In this document: positions 25,651 through 37,785 of the stretch, piece by piece
How positions within the stretch are numbered: the stretch's first letter is position 1
How the letters are laid out: the number at the start of each line of letters is the position of its first letter
Source of the DNA: Chiloscyllium plagiosum
Taxonomy: Eukaryota
Direction: 5' to 3'
Assembly: GCF_004010195.1 (NCBI RefSeq)
Contig: NC_057728.1
Span: 53,154,174-53,218,173 of the forward strand
DNA length: 64,000 nt
The notes under the pieces: generated by a model
The model's database searches: none
What the model saw: only the letters and a program-made list of their open reading frames with translations
Told to the model about the DNA's origin: nothing
Position numbers and translations under genes: made by a program

Positions 25651-26052
25651 CGCTGACAACGCTGAAAACCAGATGAAAACAACAGTGAGACCAGAAACAG
25701 TTTAACCATTGTCCTGTCAACATCAGTGAAAGGAAGATTTAATGTGTCTTAAAAAAAAGTCAGCAACCGATTCACCACAGGTCTGACCTACATTGTTGTT
25801 GACTTTGATACTGCATTTATGTAGCACCTTTAAAGTTGTAAAATGTGCCAATATGCTTAACTATGAATCAATTTGCATTCCACTGCAGCACAGAGGAAGG
25901 CAAAAAGATTTTGTGACTGGTGTATGGGAACATTGGATGAGGAATTATCACAGTCTTATAGGACTCTATCTTTTGGGAGACATCGAGGGACTATGGATAA
26001 AACTCAAAGACACTGATTATAATTTCTGATTCCAAGCTAAACTGGCATCAAA

Positions 26053-26400
26053 TATGGCTCAGTGGGTAGCAATGTCACAAATATCTTTCTCTGGTTCTTG
26101 TCACAGAAATAAAAGCTAACACTCTCGAGGGGGTGCTGCACCCTGTGAGGTGCTGTCTTTTTGAATGAGATGTGAAACTGAGGCAAGACCCGATCTGCTC
26201 TCTCAGGCATTTGCGAAAGATCCCAACGGTGTGATTTTGAAGAAGAGCAGAGGAAATCTTCCTAACGTGCTGGCCAGCAATGATCCTTCAGTCAACATCA
26301 TGAGAACGTGGATATCAAGGCAATGGTGCTTTTGGGAACTTTGCTGTGTGCAAATCGGTGACCACATTTCTCATGTTGCAACAGCATTGGCTGAAAAATA
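26053..26400 (+). mobile_element. Deu-domain SINE (SacSINE1-like), diverged
   Basis: tRNA-like head tggctcagtgggtagc; Deu-like core gtctttttgaatgagatgtgaaactgagg...aagatccc...ttttgaagaagagcag; related copies at about 37840-38245 and 39107-39535. Confidence 0.65.
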
Positions 26401-27195
26401 AATTGAAATGTGTGGTGGTTGTGACAGACACTGTATAAATACAGATCTCTGTTTTTCTTTTCCAAACAACCCAGAGGAAATAGCTGTTAAAAATCACTGA
26501 TATTTGGTTCGTACTGAACCTATTTTTGAAGCACATAAGGCGAGTCAAGCCAGGGTGTCCCATTTGCAAATTTTACCTTCGGGAAGGGAATCTAGCAGCA
26601 GGATATTCTGATCAGGAATCTTTGGGAAAGATCCAAGGCATAAGGGAGCTTGGAGAACTGGCAAGAGAGAGGTGTGGGGTCAGAGTGGTGGAGCATGACA
26701 AGGGGATCAGAGGGAGAATACTCCTGCTCCTTGTGGCCCCCAGGGAGTGCCATGAGAGATAGTGAGCTTCTGATGTTGACCTCGCCCTCTCCTTACCCTC
26801 TTGAAAAGCTGCATGGCAACTATTACATTTATAGCAGGCTCTCGTTGCACTGGCTCAGAGGGGAACAATTTCAACATTTAAAACTGGCAATTGGTATGTG
26901 TATGCAGTGAATTGAGATGGCGCACCCTGTTTTAAGTTGCAGTGACCCACTTCTGCCAGTTCTGATCACTGTACTTGAGGAAAGATGGGAAAGTGTGAGT
27001 GTTCAGTTATTTCTTGTTGGATCATTTAATCCTGTAACTGATCTCTATGTTGACTGCGGGGTAATATTGTAAATCATAGATTCGCCATGGGATAGAAGGT
27101 GGCCATCCATCCCATCGAGTTGATGCTAGTTCGCTGTAGAATAATTCAGTCTGCCCCATAAGCTTTAGTGCTGCAAGTTCATTTTGCTTAAGTCC

Positions 27196-27800
27196 TGTTG
27201 GGGAGATTTCACTGGGGTGTTTAATGTAGGGCTAGGGAGGGTGACACTAGTTCTGCAACAGACACTTCTAGTTCCAGCCCTGAAATGGTTAACAACAGCC
27301 AAGCGAGCTGCTGCTGGCGACTGCATGACTACCTGGCTGGAGCTTGTAAGGGATATGCATAATGTTAATTAAATCTTGGAGCCTGTAAATACCAGCCAGT
27401 ATCAATTGCCCCATCGAAACTCAGGATTAATAAAGAAACCGATCGGAATCTGTAACTGTTAGACAAGTGTGAATTGCTCTATCGGAACCTGTAACTGTTA
27501 AGTGTGAATGGCTCTATTTAAGTCTAAAGTTGATAAGTGTAATTGTCAATTTAGTTAAACTGAAACTATTGAAAATGGCTAGCCTGTCAGATGCATAGTA
27601 ATTCCTTGAAACAATGAACTATTGAATACGGGATCGGAACCGCACCCGGGGATGGCTGAGCCATTGTCAAGCACAGCAGGAGCTGGACAGGCACTTCGAT
27701 GCGGCCAATAGGAGGACGGATCCCCAGCGCGCGCAGATGAATGGACCAATGGGGAAGGCGAACTGACCGGGGACTCCAGGCAGCGCGAAGTATAATTGTG
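27196..27800 (+). mobile_element. LTR-like (U3) fragment inserted in an old CR1 tail
   Basis: Starts with TG; internal ~39-bp tandem duplication at 27442-27515; CpG-rich end with two CCAAT boxes and tataat. Confidence 0.45.
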
Positions 27801-28144
27801 TCAAGTTTCTCCATTTCCATCACCTTCATAGGCTGTGAGTTCTACATTATTACCAGTCGCATCATTAAAAATAGCCCTTCCCCACATTCTCATTGAATTC
27901 CTCACTTTAAAACTGAAACCTGAGACCTCTATTCCTGCTAACATCAACTAATGGAAACAGGTTTTCCTAGATCTGAACAAGAGTTTCCCAGATTTTGTTG
28001 GAAGCTAGGGACAGCATTAGGGATAGGAGAAAGAGAGGAATGCAGATGCTGGAGATCAGAGTCAAGATTAGAGCAGTGCTGCAAAAGCACAGCAGGTCAG
28101 GCAGCGTCCGAGGAGCAGGAAAATCGACTATGAAAAGCCCTTCA

Positions 28145-29325
28145 TAGTCAACATGGTTTTGTGTGTGGAAAACCGTGCGTCACTAACTTGATTGAGTTTT
28201 TTGAAGAGGTGACAAAGATGATTAGTGAAGGCAGAGCAGTAGAAGTCTATATGAACTTCAGCAAAGCATTCAACAAGATTCTGCATGGTAGACTCATTAG
28301 TAAGGTTAGATCAAGTGGGATCCAGGGAGATCTAGCTGATTGGCTACAAAATTAGCTTGAAGGTAGGAGACAGAGGGTGGTGGTAGAGGGTCGCTTTTCA
28401 GACTGGAGGCCTATGACCAGTGGCGTGCCACAAGGCTTGATGCTGGTCCACTGCTTTTTGTCATTTATATAAATGATTTGGATGTGAATATAGGAGGTAT
28501 AGTTAGTAAGTTTGCAGATGACACCAAAATAGGTGGTGTAGTGGACAATGAAGAAGGTTTTCTCAGACAATAATGAGACCTTGATCAAATGGACGAAGGA
28601 GTGACAGATGGAGTTTAATTTACAAAAGTGTGAGGCATTGCATATTGATAAGGCAAGATAGAGTAGAATTTATACAATTAATGGTAAAGCCCTGGGGAGT
28701 GTTGCTGAACGAAGAGACCCATGGGTGCAGGTGCAACGTTCCTTGAAAGTGGAGTTGCAAGTAGACAGGGTGGTGGAGAAAGCATTTGGCAAGCGTGCTT
28801 TCTTTGGTCAGAACATTGAATATAGGAGTTTGGACATCATGTGTGAGGCCACTTTTAGAATATTGTGTATAACTCTGGTCGCCCCATATATGGGAAATAT
28901 TTTATTAAACTTGAGAGGGTTCAGAAAAGCTTGACAATGACTGGAGAGTTTTGGGTATAGGGAGAGGCTGACTAGCCTGGGGCTCTTCCTCCCTGGAGAG
29001 TCAGCGCCTGAGGAGTGACCTTATAGAGGTTTATAAAGTCATGAGGGGCATAGATAGGGTGAATAGCCAAGGTCTTTTCCCCAGGGTAGGGGAGTCCAAA
29101 ACTAAAGGATATAGAGTTAAGGTAGGAGGGGAACGATTTTCACATAGATGGTGGTGTGTGCATGGAACATTTAAACAGCATCTAGATGAGTAAATGAATA
29201 GGAAGGCTTTAGAGGGATATGGGCCAATTGCTGGCAAATGGAACTAGTTTGGTTTAGGATATCTGGTTGGCTTGGACAGATTGGACTGAAGGGTTTCCGT
29301 GCTGTATAACTCTACAACTCTATGT
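28145..29325 (+). mobile_element. CR1 LINE RT to 3' end, preceded by a PLE repeat (about 28035-28146)
   Basis: CVTNLIEFFEEVT, NFSKAFNKI, gtgccacaagg, tttgcagatgac, CR1 3' UTR. Confidence 0.88.
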
Positions 29326-30287
29326 CTATCTTGCACAAAGCTGTTATAACTTTATACACCTGTGTAAAATCTCCCTTTAATGTTCTTTGCTCCAAAAGAA
29401 GAATCCCTTCATTTCCAAGCTAATCTTGAAACTAAAATCCAACATTCTGGCAAACCTCCTCCGCACCCTGCTCTGTATGTTGTAGAATTAATTACCCATG
29501 GAGCAGTGCAGAGGTGATACCAGTTTCAAAGTGCAGTATAGGTTCATCTACAAGATTTTAAAAATATCCCTGCCATCACAAAATGTCTGCACTATGCTTA
29601 TTCCAGCCCTTGGCATTTCCACAGTATTTGCTTATTTTAGCTTTCAGTCAACACCCAAGTTCAATTACTCAAGAACAATGAGGAGTTTCCTGCTCCTCGG
29701 ATGCTGCCTGGCCTGCTGTGTTTTTCCAGCACCACTCTAATGTAGACTCTGATTTCCAGCATCTGCAGTCCTCACTTTTGCCAACAATGAGTGTATGTCA
29801 GGTCCCAGACTCGCATAATCAAACACAAGCAATTGAACAGGGCACAGTCTCTCAAAGACCCACACATCCTTGTGAAAAAATGGTGACTAGAAATGGATGT
29901 AACACTCTGGTGGTGGCTGTTTGATCCCAATCGAGGTTACTATTAGGCAAGGCAATTTTCATTCCGAAATCTCGCTTGATAGATAATGTTGTTAAAAGAT
30001 TGATATGGTGGTCTTTCACTGAAACATAAATATGCAGTACTATAGATTTAGATTTGACGAAAAGCCGTCAAATTTTATTATGCAAAAGAAATTGAGATAA
30101 AATAGCACAAACTAAGCTATTTACATATTGCACAATTAGAAAGATTTTGAAATGCACAACAAAACAAAATCCCATCTATTTCCAACACCATTATTTTATA
30201 GTGCTCAAATACCAGAGATAGAGCATTCCTTCTCTGTCAGATCTGTAGGTTTAATATAGATGTTTCTTTCAGTTCCTTATCTTGAGA

Positions 30288-30860
30288 TCTTAACAGTCTT
30301 TTCCTTGATTATTCATACAACTGGGCTTAAATTTTCTTAGCTTCAAATTACCCCTTTAGAATCTGACCCAAACATTTCAGGTCCAAACTTTTAAAACCAA
30401 ACTCTTGCACTGAGATAACCTACTTCTGAACTCCTTTCTCCAGATGTAACTGGTCTGATATCTGACCTTCATCAGGTCTTCTGTGATCTAATCCCCAAAG
30501 CTTTTCAATTCAAGGATTTTACTGACACAAAAATGAATTCTTGGTTCTTGCGAACCGGACAACTATTACTACCATAATAGGAGTTACATAAAGTCAAAAG
30601 CTACACAGTAAATAGTCCTAAAATTCAATTTTAAATGGATTAAGAGATATTAACAGCCTTTTCTTCATTATTTATATAATTGAGCTTAAAATTTCTTAGC
30701 TTCAAATAACCCTTCTAACCAAACATTTTTGGCCTGGAATTTTCTAATTAAGCCTCATATTACTAAGATAAATTCTTTCCAAATTTTTCTGAATTAACTC
30801 CTTTGTCCAGGAGGAACTGTTCTCATATCTGACCTCAGTCAGGTCTTCTGCAAATGGGCC
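30288..30860. repeat. Diverged ~200-bp direct repeat (period ~360 bp)
   Basis: ttaacagtcttttcc...ttcttagcttcaaattacccc...atatctgacct...caggtcttctg at about 30290-30485 and 30650-30850. Confidence 0.7.
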
Positions 30861-30869
30861 TGAAATTTG

Positions 30870-31858
30870 ACTAAGTGTGGCATCTATGAAACCTAGCAAA
30901 CCTAGAATCAATGGGAGTCAGGGATACCTCTCTGCTAGTTGGACTCATACCTGGCACAAAGGAATATGGTGATGATTTTTGAAGATCAGTCATCTCAGTT
31001 TCAGGATCACTTCAGGAGTTCCTCAAGGTAGTGTCCTAGGTTCAACCATCTTCAGATGTTTCAGCAATGACCTTCCCTCCATCATAAGGTCAGAAGTGGG
31101 GAAGTTTGCACAGTGTTTGGACCCATTCACAGTTCCTCGGATACTGAAGCAGTCCATGTTCAAATGCAGTATCCAGCTTCAGCTGACAAGTAGCAACTAA
31201 CAAAAGTGCCACACAAATGCCAGGCAATGATCATCTTCAACAAGAGAGCATCAAAGCATTATTCCTACACATTCAATGCACTGAATTCACCATTATCAAC
31301 ACCTGGGGGCTACCATTGACCCAGAATTTGCACTGGAGTTGTCTGTTTACCAACTGCAAGGCACAAGTCAGGAGTGTGGTGGAATTGTTCTCACTGGCCT
31401 GGGTAGTGCAGCTCCAAAAATACTCATCCAGGACAAAGCAGCCCACTACATTCACTAAATTCACTCCCTTCACCACTGACACACAGCAGCAGCCATGTCT
31501 ACTATCTATAAGATCACTGCAGAAATTCATCAAAGATCCTTTGACAGCACCTTCCAAACGCATGGCCACAGCCATTTAGGAAGACTAGGACAACAGCTAT
31601 ATGGGAACATCACCACCTGCAAGTTACCCTCCAAGCCACTCATCAGCCTGATTTGGAAATATACCACTGTTCTTTCACTGTCACTGAGTCAGTACTCTCT
31701 GGTACACTCTTTCTAATGGCATTTAGGGTCTACTTACAGCATGTAGACTGCAGCGGTTTAAGAAGGCAGCCACCCCCACCTTCTCAAGGGCAACAAGGGA
31801 TGGGCAATAAATGCTGGCCCAGCCAGGAATGCCACATCCCATGAGTGAATAAAAAAAA
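30870..31858 (+). mobile_element. Second CR1-clade LINE family, RT to 3' end
   Basis: SGVPQGSVLG and FSNDLPS; 3' tail gggatgggcaataaatgctggcccagcc...catcccatgagtgaataaaaa; related copies at about 35500-35790 (-), 43255-44045 (+) and 56140-56395 (+). Confidence 0.75.
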
Positions 31859-32214
31859 TCCCATATCTTACCTCATGTCACAAAAATATGTACCTTGTGT
31901 TTACTTTCCTACATTACAGTAATAATTGCACTTTTTGGTTGTCGGGCGCTTTGAGACATTCTAAAGTTCTGAAATGTTACATAAATAACTTTATTCTGTC
32001 TATCTAATCGACAGAATTGAACTTGGTGGATTTAAAACCCATGAAATGAGCAATAGATGTATTCTCATGGCTGTGTGGTTGGTGAAAGGATCCATTCCTT
32101 GTTGCTTCTGTAGTGTTGAGGTAGTTACTTCCCCAGCATATAATGAACCTTTGGAATTGGCAAATGGCTCAAACAGTGGCCCTGGACTGACTTGCTTCAG
32201 TAAAGAACTGGACA

Positions 32215-33350
32215 CAGAGTCGTAGAGATGTACAGCACGAAAACAGACCCTTTGGTCCAACTCATCGATGCGGACCAGATATCCAAAACCAATCTCGTCC
32301 CATTTGCCTGACTTGGCCCATATTTATTGGTCAGAGTATTGATTATAGGAGTTGGGAGGACGTGTTGTGACTGTACAGGACATTGGTTAGGCCACTGTTA
32401 GAATATTGCGTGCAATTCTGGTCTCCTTCCTATCAGAAAGATGTTGTGAAACTTGAAAGGGTTCAGAAAAGATTTAACAAGGATGTTGCCAGGGTTGGAG
32501 GATCTGAGCTACAGGGAGAGGCTGAACAGGCTGGGTCTGTTTTCCCTGGAGAATCGGAGGCTGGGGATGACCTTATAGAAGTTTACAAAATTATGAAGGG
32601 CATGGATAGGATAAATAGACAAAGTCTTTTCCCTGGGGTCGGGGAGTGCAGAACTAGAGGGCATAGGTTTAGGGTGAGAAGCGAAAGATATAAAAGAGAC
32701 CTAAGGGGCAACTTTTTCACGCAGAGGGTGGTACGTGTATGGAATGAGCTGCCAGAGGATGTGGTGGAGGCTGGTACAATTGCAACATTTAAGTGGCATT
32801 TGGATGGGTATATGAATAGGAAGGGTTTGGAGGGATATGGGCCGGGTGCAGGCAGGTGGGACTAGATTGGGTTGGGATATCTGGTCGGCATGGATGGGTC
32901 GGACCGAAAGATCTGTTTCCATGCTGTACATCTCTATGACTCTATGACTCTATATCCCTCTAAACCCTTCCTATTCATACACCCATCCAAATGCCTTTTA
33001 AATATTGCAATTGTACAGCCTCCACCACTTCCTCTGGCAGCTCAGTCCATACACGCACCAGCTTCTGTGAAAATACTGCCCCTTCAGACCCTTTTAAATC
33101 TTTCCCCTCTCACCCTAAACTTATGTCCTCAAGTTCTGAACTCCCCCAACTCCAGGGAAAGGACCTTGTCTATTTGCCCTTGTCTATTTGCAAATAGACA
33201 AGGTCCTTTCCCTGGAGTTGGGGGAGTTCAGAACTTGAGGACATAAGTTTAGGGTGAGAGGGACTTATGTCCTCAAGTTCTGAACTCCCCCAACTCCAGG
33301 GAAAGGACCTTGTCTATTTGCCCTCTCCATGCCCCTCATGATCTTATAAA
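32215..33350. mobile_element. Minus-strand CR1 3' end interrupted by a plus-strand CR1 3' fragment (about 32325-32950)
   Basis: VRPLLEYCVQFWSP...VWNELPE ORF on +; the minus copy resumes at 32951. Confidence 0.85.
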
Positions 33351-33574
33351 TGGAGATGATCGCTTACAATACATTTCTGTAGTGTCTTTATCATAATAGA
33401 ACATCCCAATGTGCTTCACAGGAGCATTATAAAAATAAAATTTAGTAATGAACAACTTAAGTAGATGTAAGGTCAAAGGAAAATAAGCCTGATAAAATAG
33501 ATAAACTTTACAGAGTTTCTTATGTCAGAACATGTATTTTTGTTTTTGTGTCTTTAAAAACTATGGACTGTGGC

Positions 33575-34350
33575 ACCTTCTCATTACAGATCCTTCAACA
33601 GTGTGGTGCTCCCTCAGCACTGACCCTCTGCCAGTGTGGTGGTTTCTCAGCACTGATCCTCTGACAGTGTGGTGCTCCCTCAGCACTGACCCTTCAACAG
33701 TATAGGGCTCCTTCAGTACTAACTCTCTGGAAGTGACCATCTGACAATTCAGCATTCCTTTAGTTCTGCACCTTTAATAGTGCTGTGTCCCTCAGTACTG
33801 CTTCTCTAACAGTGCGGTGCTCCCTCAGTACTGACGCCGACACTACAGTGCATATTTCCTCTGTAGTAGCCCCTCCGACAGGACAGTGGTCTCCCAGTGC
33901 TGCAGCTCCAACTATGCAGCACTCTCTCAGTATTGATCTCCTGACTAAATAGGTTCCCTCAGTACTGACACTGCAACAGCGCAGGGCTCCTTCAGTGCTA
34001 ACTGTCTGACAGTGAAGCGTACTCTCATTACTGACCATCTGATAATGTAGCGTTCCTTTATTACTTTGCCTTTGATACTGATGCTCCAACAGCACAAGAC
34101 TCATTCAGTATTGACCCTCCAATAGTGCAAGGCTCTCCCAGAACTGATCCTCAGACAATGCAGCACTCCCTCAGTACTGGCCCTCTGACAGTGCGGCACT
34201 CCCTCAGTACTGACCCGCTGACAGTACAGCACTCCCTCAGTACTGACCCTCCGACAGTGCAACACTCCCTCAGTACTGACCCTCTGACAGTGTGACACTC
34301 CCTCAGTACTGGCCCTCTGACAGTGCAGCACTCCCTCAGCGCTGACTCTC
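33575..34350. repeat. 33-bp minisatellite (cagtgcagcactccctcagtactgaccctctga), about 20 variably degenerate units
   Basis: Direct reading; produces 11-aa periodic pseudo-ORFs (HCQRVSTEGVL). Confidence 0.9.
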
Positions 34351-36712
34351 TGTATTTGTATCGGAGAGTTTCCTCTGTATTTGTATCGGAGAGTCAATTG
34401 GTTTACGTTTTCAGGTTTATGGAGTGAAACTGACTTTAGTAATCTTCTGAGAAAGACAGTTGTGTGCTACCCACTGAGACAAGCCTGAGAGCATGAACTT
34501 GATAGGAATTCCGATCATGAAATGGACTCATCAGAACAATTATCAAAGGTTCATAACGGCAAAGTTCACTTATCATCAGAACTGTGTCTGACATGCAAGC
34601 TCCAACTGGATGTGATAGTGTCCATTGTCAGGGAATTATGACTGATATGCCAATGTTAAGGAGATTTGCGTGTATTTATTTTAATCAACCTGTTGAGACA
34701 TGTTGTGACACTTTGGGACAGATGGGAGGTGTACACTAGCCTCCTGTCTCAGAGGTAGTGGCATTACTACTGTGCTGCGAAACTACCTTGGCAGTGTGTG
34801 TGTGTGTTAGTGAATGTAACATGGACTGGAAATCGAAGAAAATTAATCAGAGATTATTCAATCTTAACAATAGGGGGCACCATTGCTGTTTTAGAAAGCC
34901 AAATGCAAAAACAAATTTTTGCCACGGTGTAAGTGTAACTCCATCAGAGAAGAGCAGAATGAGCAATTAAAACTTACTACATTTCCCTTTCCTGTTGTAA
35001 CGTGAGTTTGGTAAGAATTAAACAGTAATTTTATCAAATTGATATCATCCATCAACATTTCCATTTGATAGCATTGTAATGTTCCAATCCAAACTACCTT
35101 TATCATCAAGTTAAATGTACACTAGAAAATAGATATTTTTTCATCAAAATTGCTTATTAATTACTTGGTTGCATACTGATTTCTAACATTTACTAGGATT
35201 CAGATTCAGTGGTTCCTGTAAATCATTAGCTCCAGATTTAGTTTCAGGCAATGTAAAATTCAAAATGTCATGAAACTAAAGCCAGGTTTGGGAGTTCTCA
35301 TGTTTGCCAGCTCTTCTGGAACATTCCACAAGGGGGTGGGAGAGAGATAATGAAAGGCCCAAGGAAGGCCAGTGTTGCTGGAGAAAATGGGCCTCAACTT
35401 ATCATTAAAATAGATTCCAACTGCCGAGCCACACCATTGCTAACTCCTCAACCCTTATTTCCAGCTCCCTAACATCACTCATCTCTCCCTGTGTTTACAT
35501 TTATTCATTTGTTGGATGTGAGAGTCACTGGCTGGGCAGCATTTATTGCCCGTCCCTAGTTGCCTTTGAGAAGATGGTGGTGAGCTGCCTTCTTGAACTG
35601 CTGCAGTTTGCCTGTTGTGGGTTTACCCACAATGCCATTAAGGAGGGAATTCCAGGATTTTGACCCAGCAACAGTGAAGGAACGGCGATATACTTCCAAG
35701 TCAGGATGGTGAGTGACTTGGAGGGGACATTGAAGGTGGCACTGTTCCCTTGTCCTCCTAGATGGAACTGGTTTGGAAGGTTCATCTGCTGCTCGAAACC
35801 TTATGTATGACTATTCAATCTTTAGACCCAGATATTCCAACATACCCTTGACTGCTCTCTCACATTCTACCCAGCATCTCCTTGAGCTCATCCAAACCTC
35901 TGTTGCTTATGTCTTACCTTGCACCAATGTCCACTTCCCTATCAACTCTGTGCTCACAACTCCTAATGCCTCAATTTTAAATTTCTTATTCCTGTTGCTT
36001 ACTCATTTCTGTGCAATTTTCTCAAGTATTTATTCAATTTCTTTCAGAAATGTATTATCGAATCTGCTTCCACCGAGGCTTCAGGCAGCACATTCCACAT
36101 TGTATTACCTTGCCGTGTCAAAATATATCTCTTTATGTCGACTCTGGCTCTTCTGCCAATTATTTTAAATCCTCAAGTTACTGACCCTCCTGCTAGGGAA
36201 ACGGTTTCTCCTTATTCACTCTATTGAAACTCTTGAAAACGTCAAATCAATCTCCACTGAATTGCTTCTATAGGAGAACAATCCTAATTTTCTCCAATCT
36301 CCCCTTTAGATCAAAGGATCAACTGCTCTGTGTTTGATTATCTGGGTCTGCTTATTAATGTTGCTCACTGTGCTTGATTAATTAAGCCTGGAAGTCAACT
36401 CAGAAAAATGACCATATTGTCAAAAAAGCTGGAAGACAGAGCTGGACTTTTGAAAACTCTGCAAATAAAACCGGTAGCTCGCAGAAAAAAGATTTCAACT
36501 CCAAGATATCCAATAAATGATGCTCTCTATGTCCCCTGGTTTACCATAGAATCCCTACAGCTTGGATACAGGCTATTTGGCCCAACAAGGCAGAAGTGGG
36601 TACTGCAGATGCTGGGGATTAGAGTAAAGATTAGAGTGTTCCTGGTCAGGCAGCATCCAAGGAGCAGGTAAATCTGATGAAGGGCTTTTGCCCAAAATGT
36701 TGATTTTCCTGC

Positions 36713-37000
36713 CATTTGGCCCAACAAGTCCACACTGACCCTCCAAAAAGTAACTCACCCAGACCCATTCCCCTACATTTCCACCTAACTTCCACCTAAT
36801 GCACCTAACTTACACATCCCTGGACACCACGGGCAATTTAGCATGGCCAATTCATCTAACCTGCACATGTTTGGATTGCGGGAAGAATCCAGAGCAGCCC
36901 GAGGGAACCCACGCAGACACAAGGAGAATGAGTAATGCCCATGCAGTTGCCCAAGTCTGGAATCGATCCCGGGTGTCTGGCACTGTGAGCCACTGTGCCC
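36713..37000 (-). mobile_element. HE1-type V-SINE with a PLE inverted fragment in its tail (about 36590-36712)
   Basis: Reverse-complement V domain; ccatttggcccaacaag/ctatttggcccaacaag flank the PLE piece. Confidence 0.75.
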
Positions 37001-37745
37001 CCCATATTAATTACAAATGTAGCAACAATTTAAATATGTCCCTTAAAAAAGGGAGGGTTCTCATTAGAGGAAAGTCCTCCTGCTATGACTTCAGGGAAAG
37101 TATCTGTGGAACAGGTGTGAATGTCAAAGAGTCTTTTAGCTGAAGATCCAGTAAAACCACCCCCAGAAATTCAATCCCATGGCTGTTTGAACCAGAACTG
37201 CAAGTGATTACAAAGTGACAGTTAGACATATACTGTACCCCTTTCACTAATTGTCAAAGGAAAATCCAGTTTTAGAATGCATCATCTGCGCAGCTAGACA
37301 CTGGCATCGGCCTTTGCTCACACTGGCATGGACTTAATCACAGCCACATGTTTTTAAAAGTACTTGCCAGGAATTAAGAATATTATACAAGGGTTGGCCT
37401 TGATACCAGACAGTGGTACCTAGGGAAATGTTGGTGGGTGGATTTGGCGGACCATTGCTTGAAATGATCCTGGATTGTGTTGAACAGCCAACTGAAGCCT
37501 TGGCCTTTTGCCTCTCTCCTACTATCCTGGAATAATCTAAAGGTCAGCTCAGAAAGTATTGCAAACTTGACACTAACCTAGCATGAGCTCAGATAGACTG
37601 TGAGAGATCAAAGTGTTAATTTGTGGCTGATTAATGCCTTGCTGTAATAAAAACTGAAAGAACTGAGGACGCTGTAAATCAGAAACAAAAATAAAAATTG
37701 CTGGAAAAGCTCAGTAGGCCTGGCAGCATCTGTGGAGAGAAACCA

Positions 37746-37785
37746 GAGTTAACGTTTCTGGTCCGGTGACCCTTCCTCAGAACTC
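37746..37785 (-). ncRNA. Minimal hammerhead ribozyme motif (PLE-derived)
   Basis: GAGUU-CUGAGGA-AG-GGUC ACCG GACC-A-GAAAC-GUU-AACUC: perfect 5-bp stem I, 4-bp stem II, palindromic ACGU stem III. Confidence 0.6.

Noticed and set aside
33561..34397. Cys/His-periodic ORFs resembling zinc-finger or repeat proteins; also a possible CRISPR-like array
   Set aside because: Translation of a 33-bp minisatellite; tandem units without unique spacers, eukaryotic context and no cas genes
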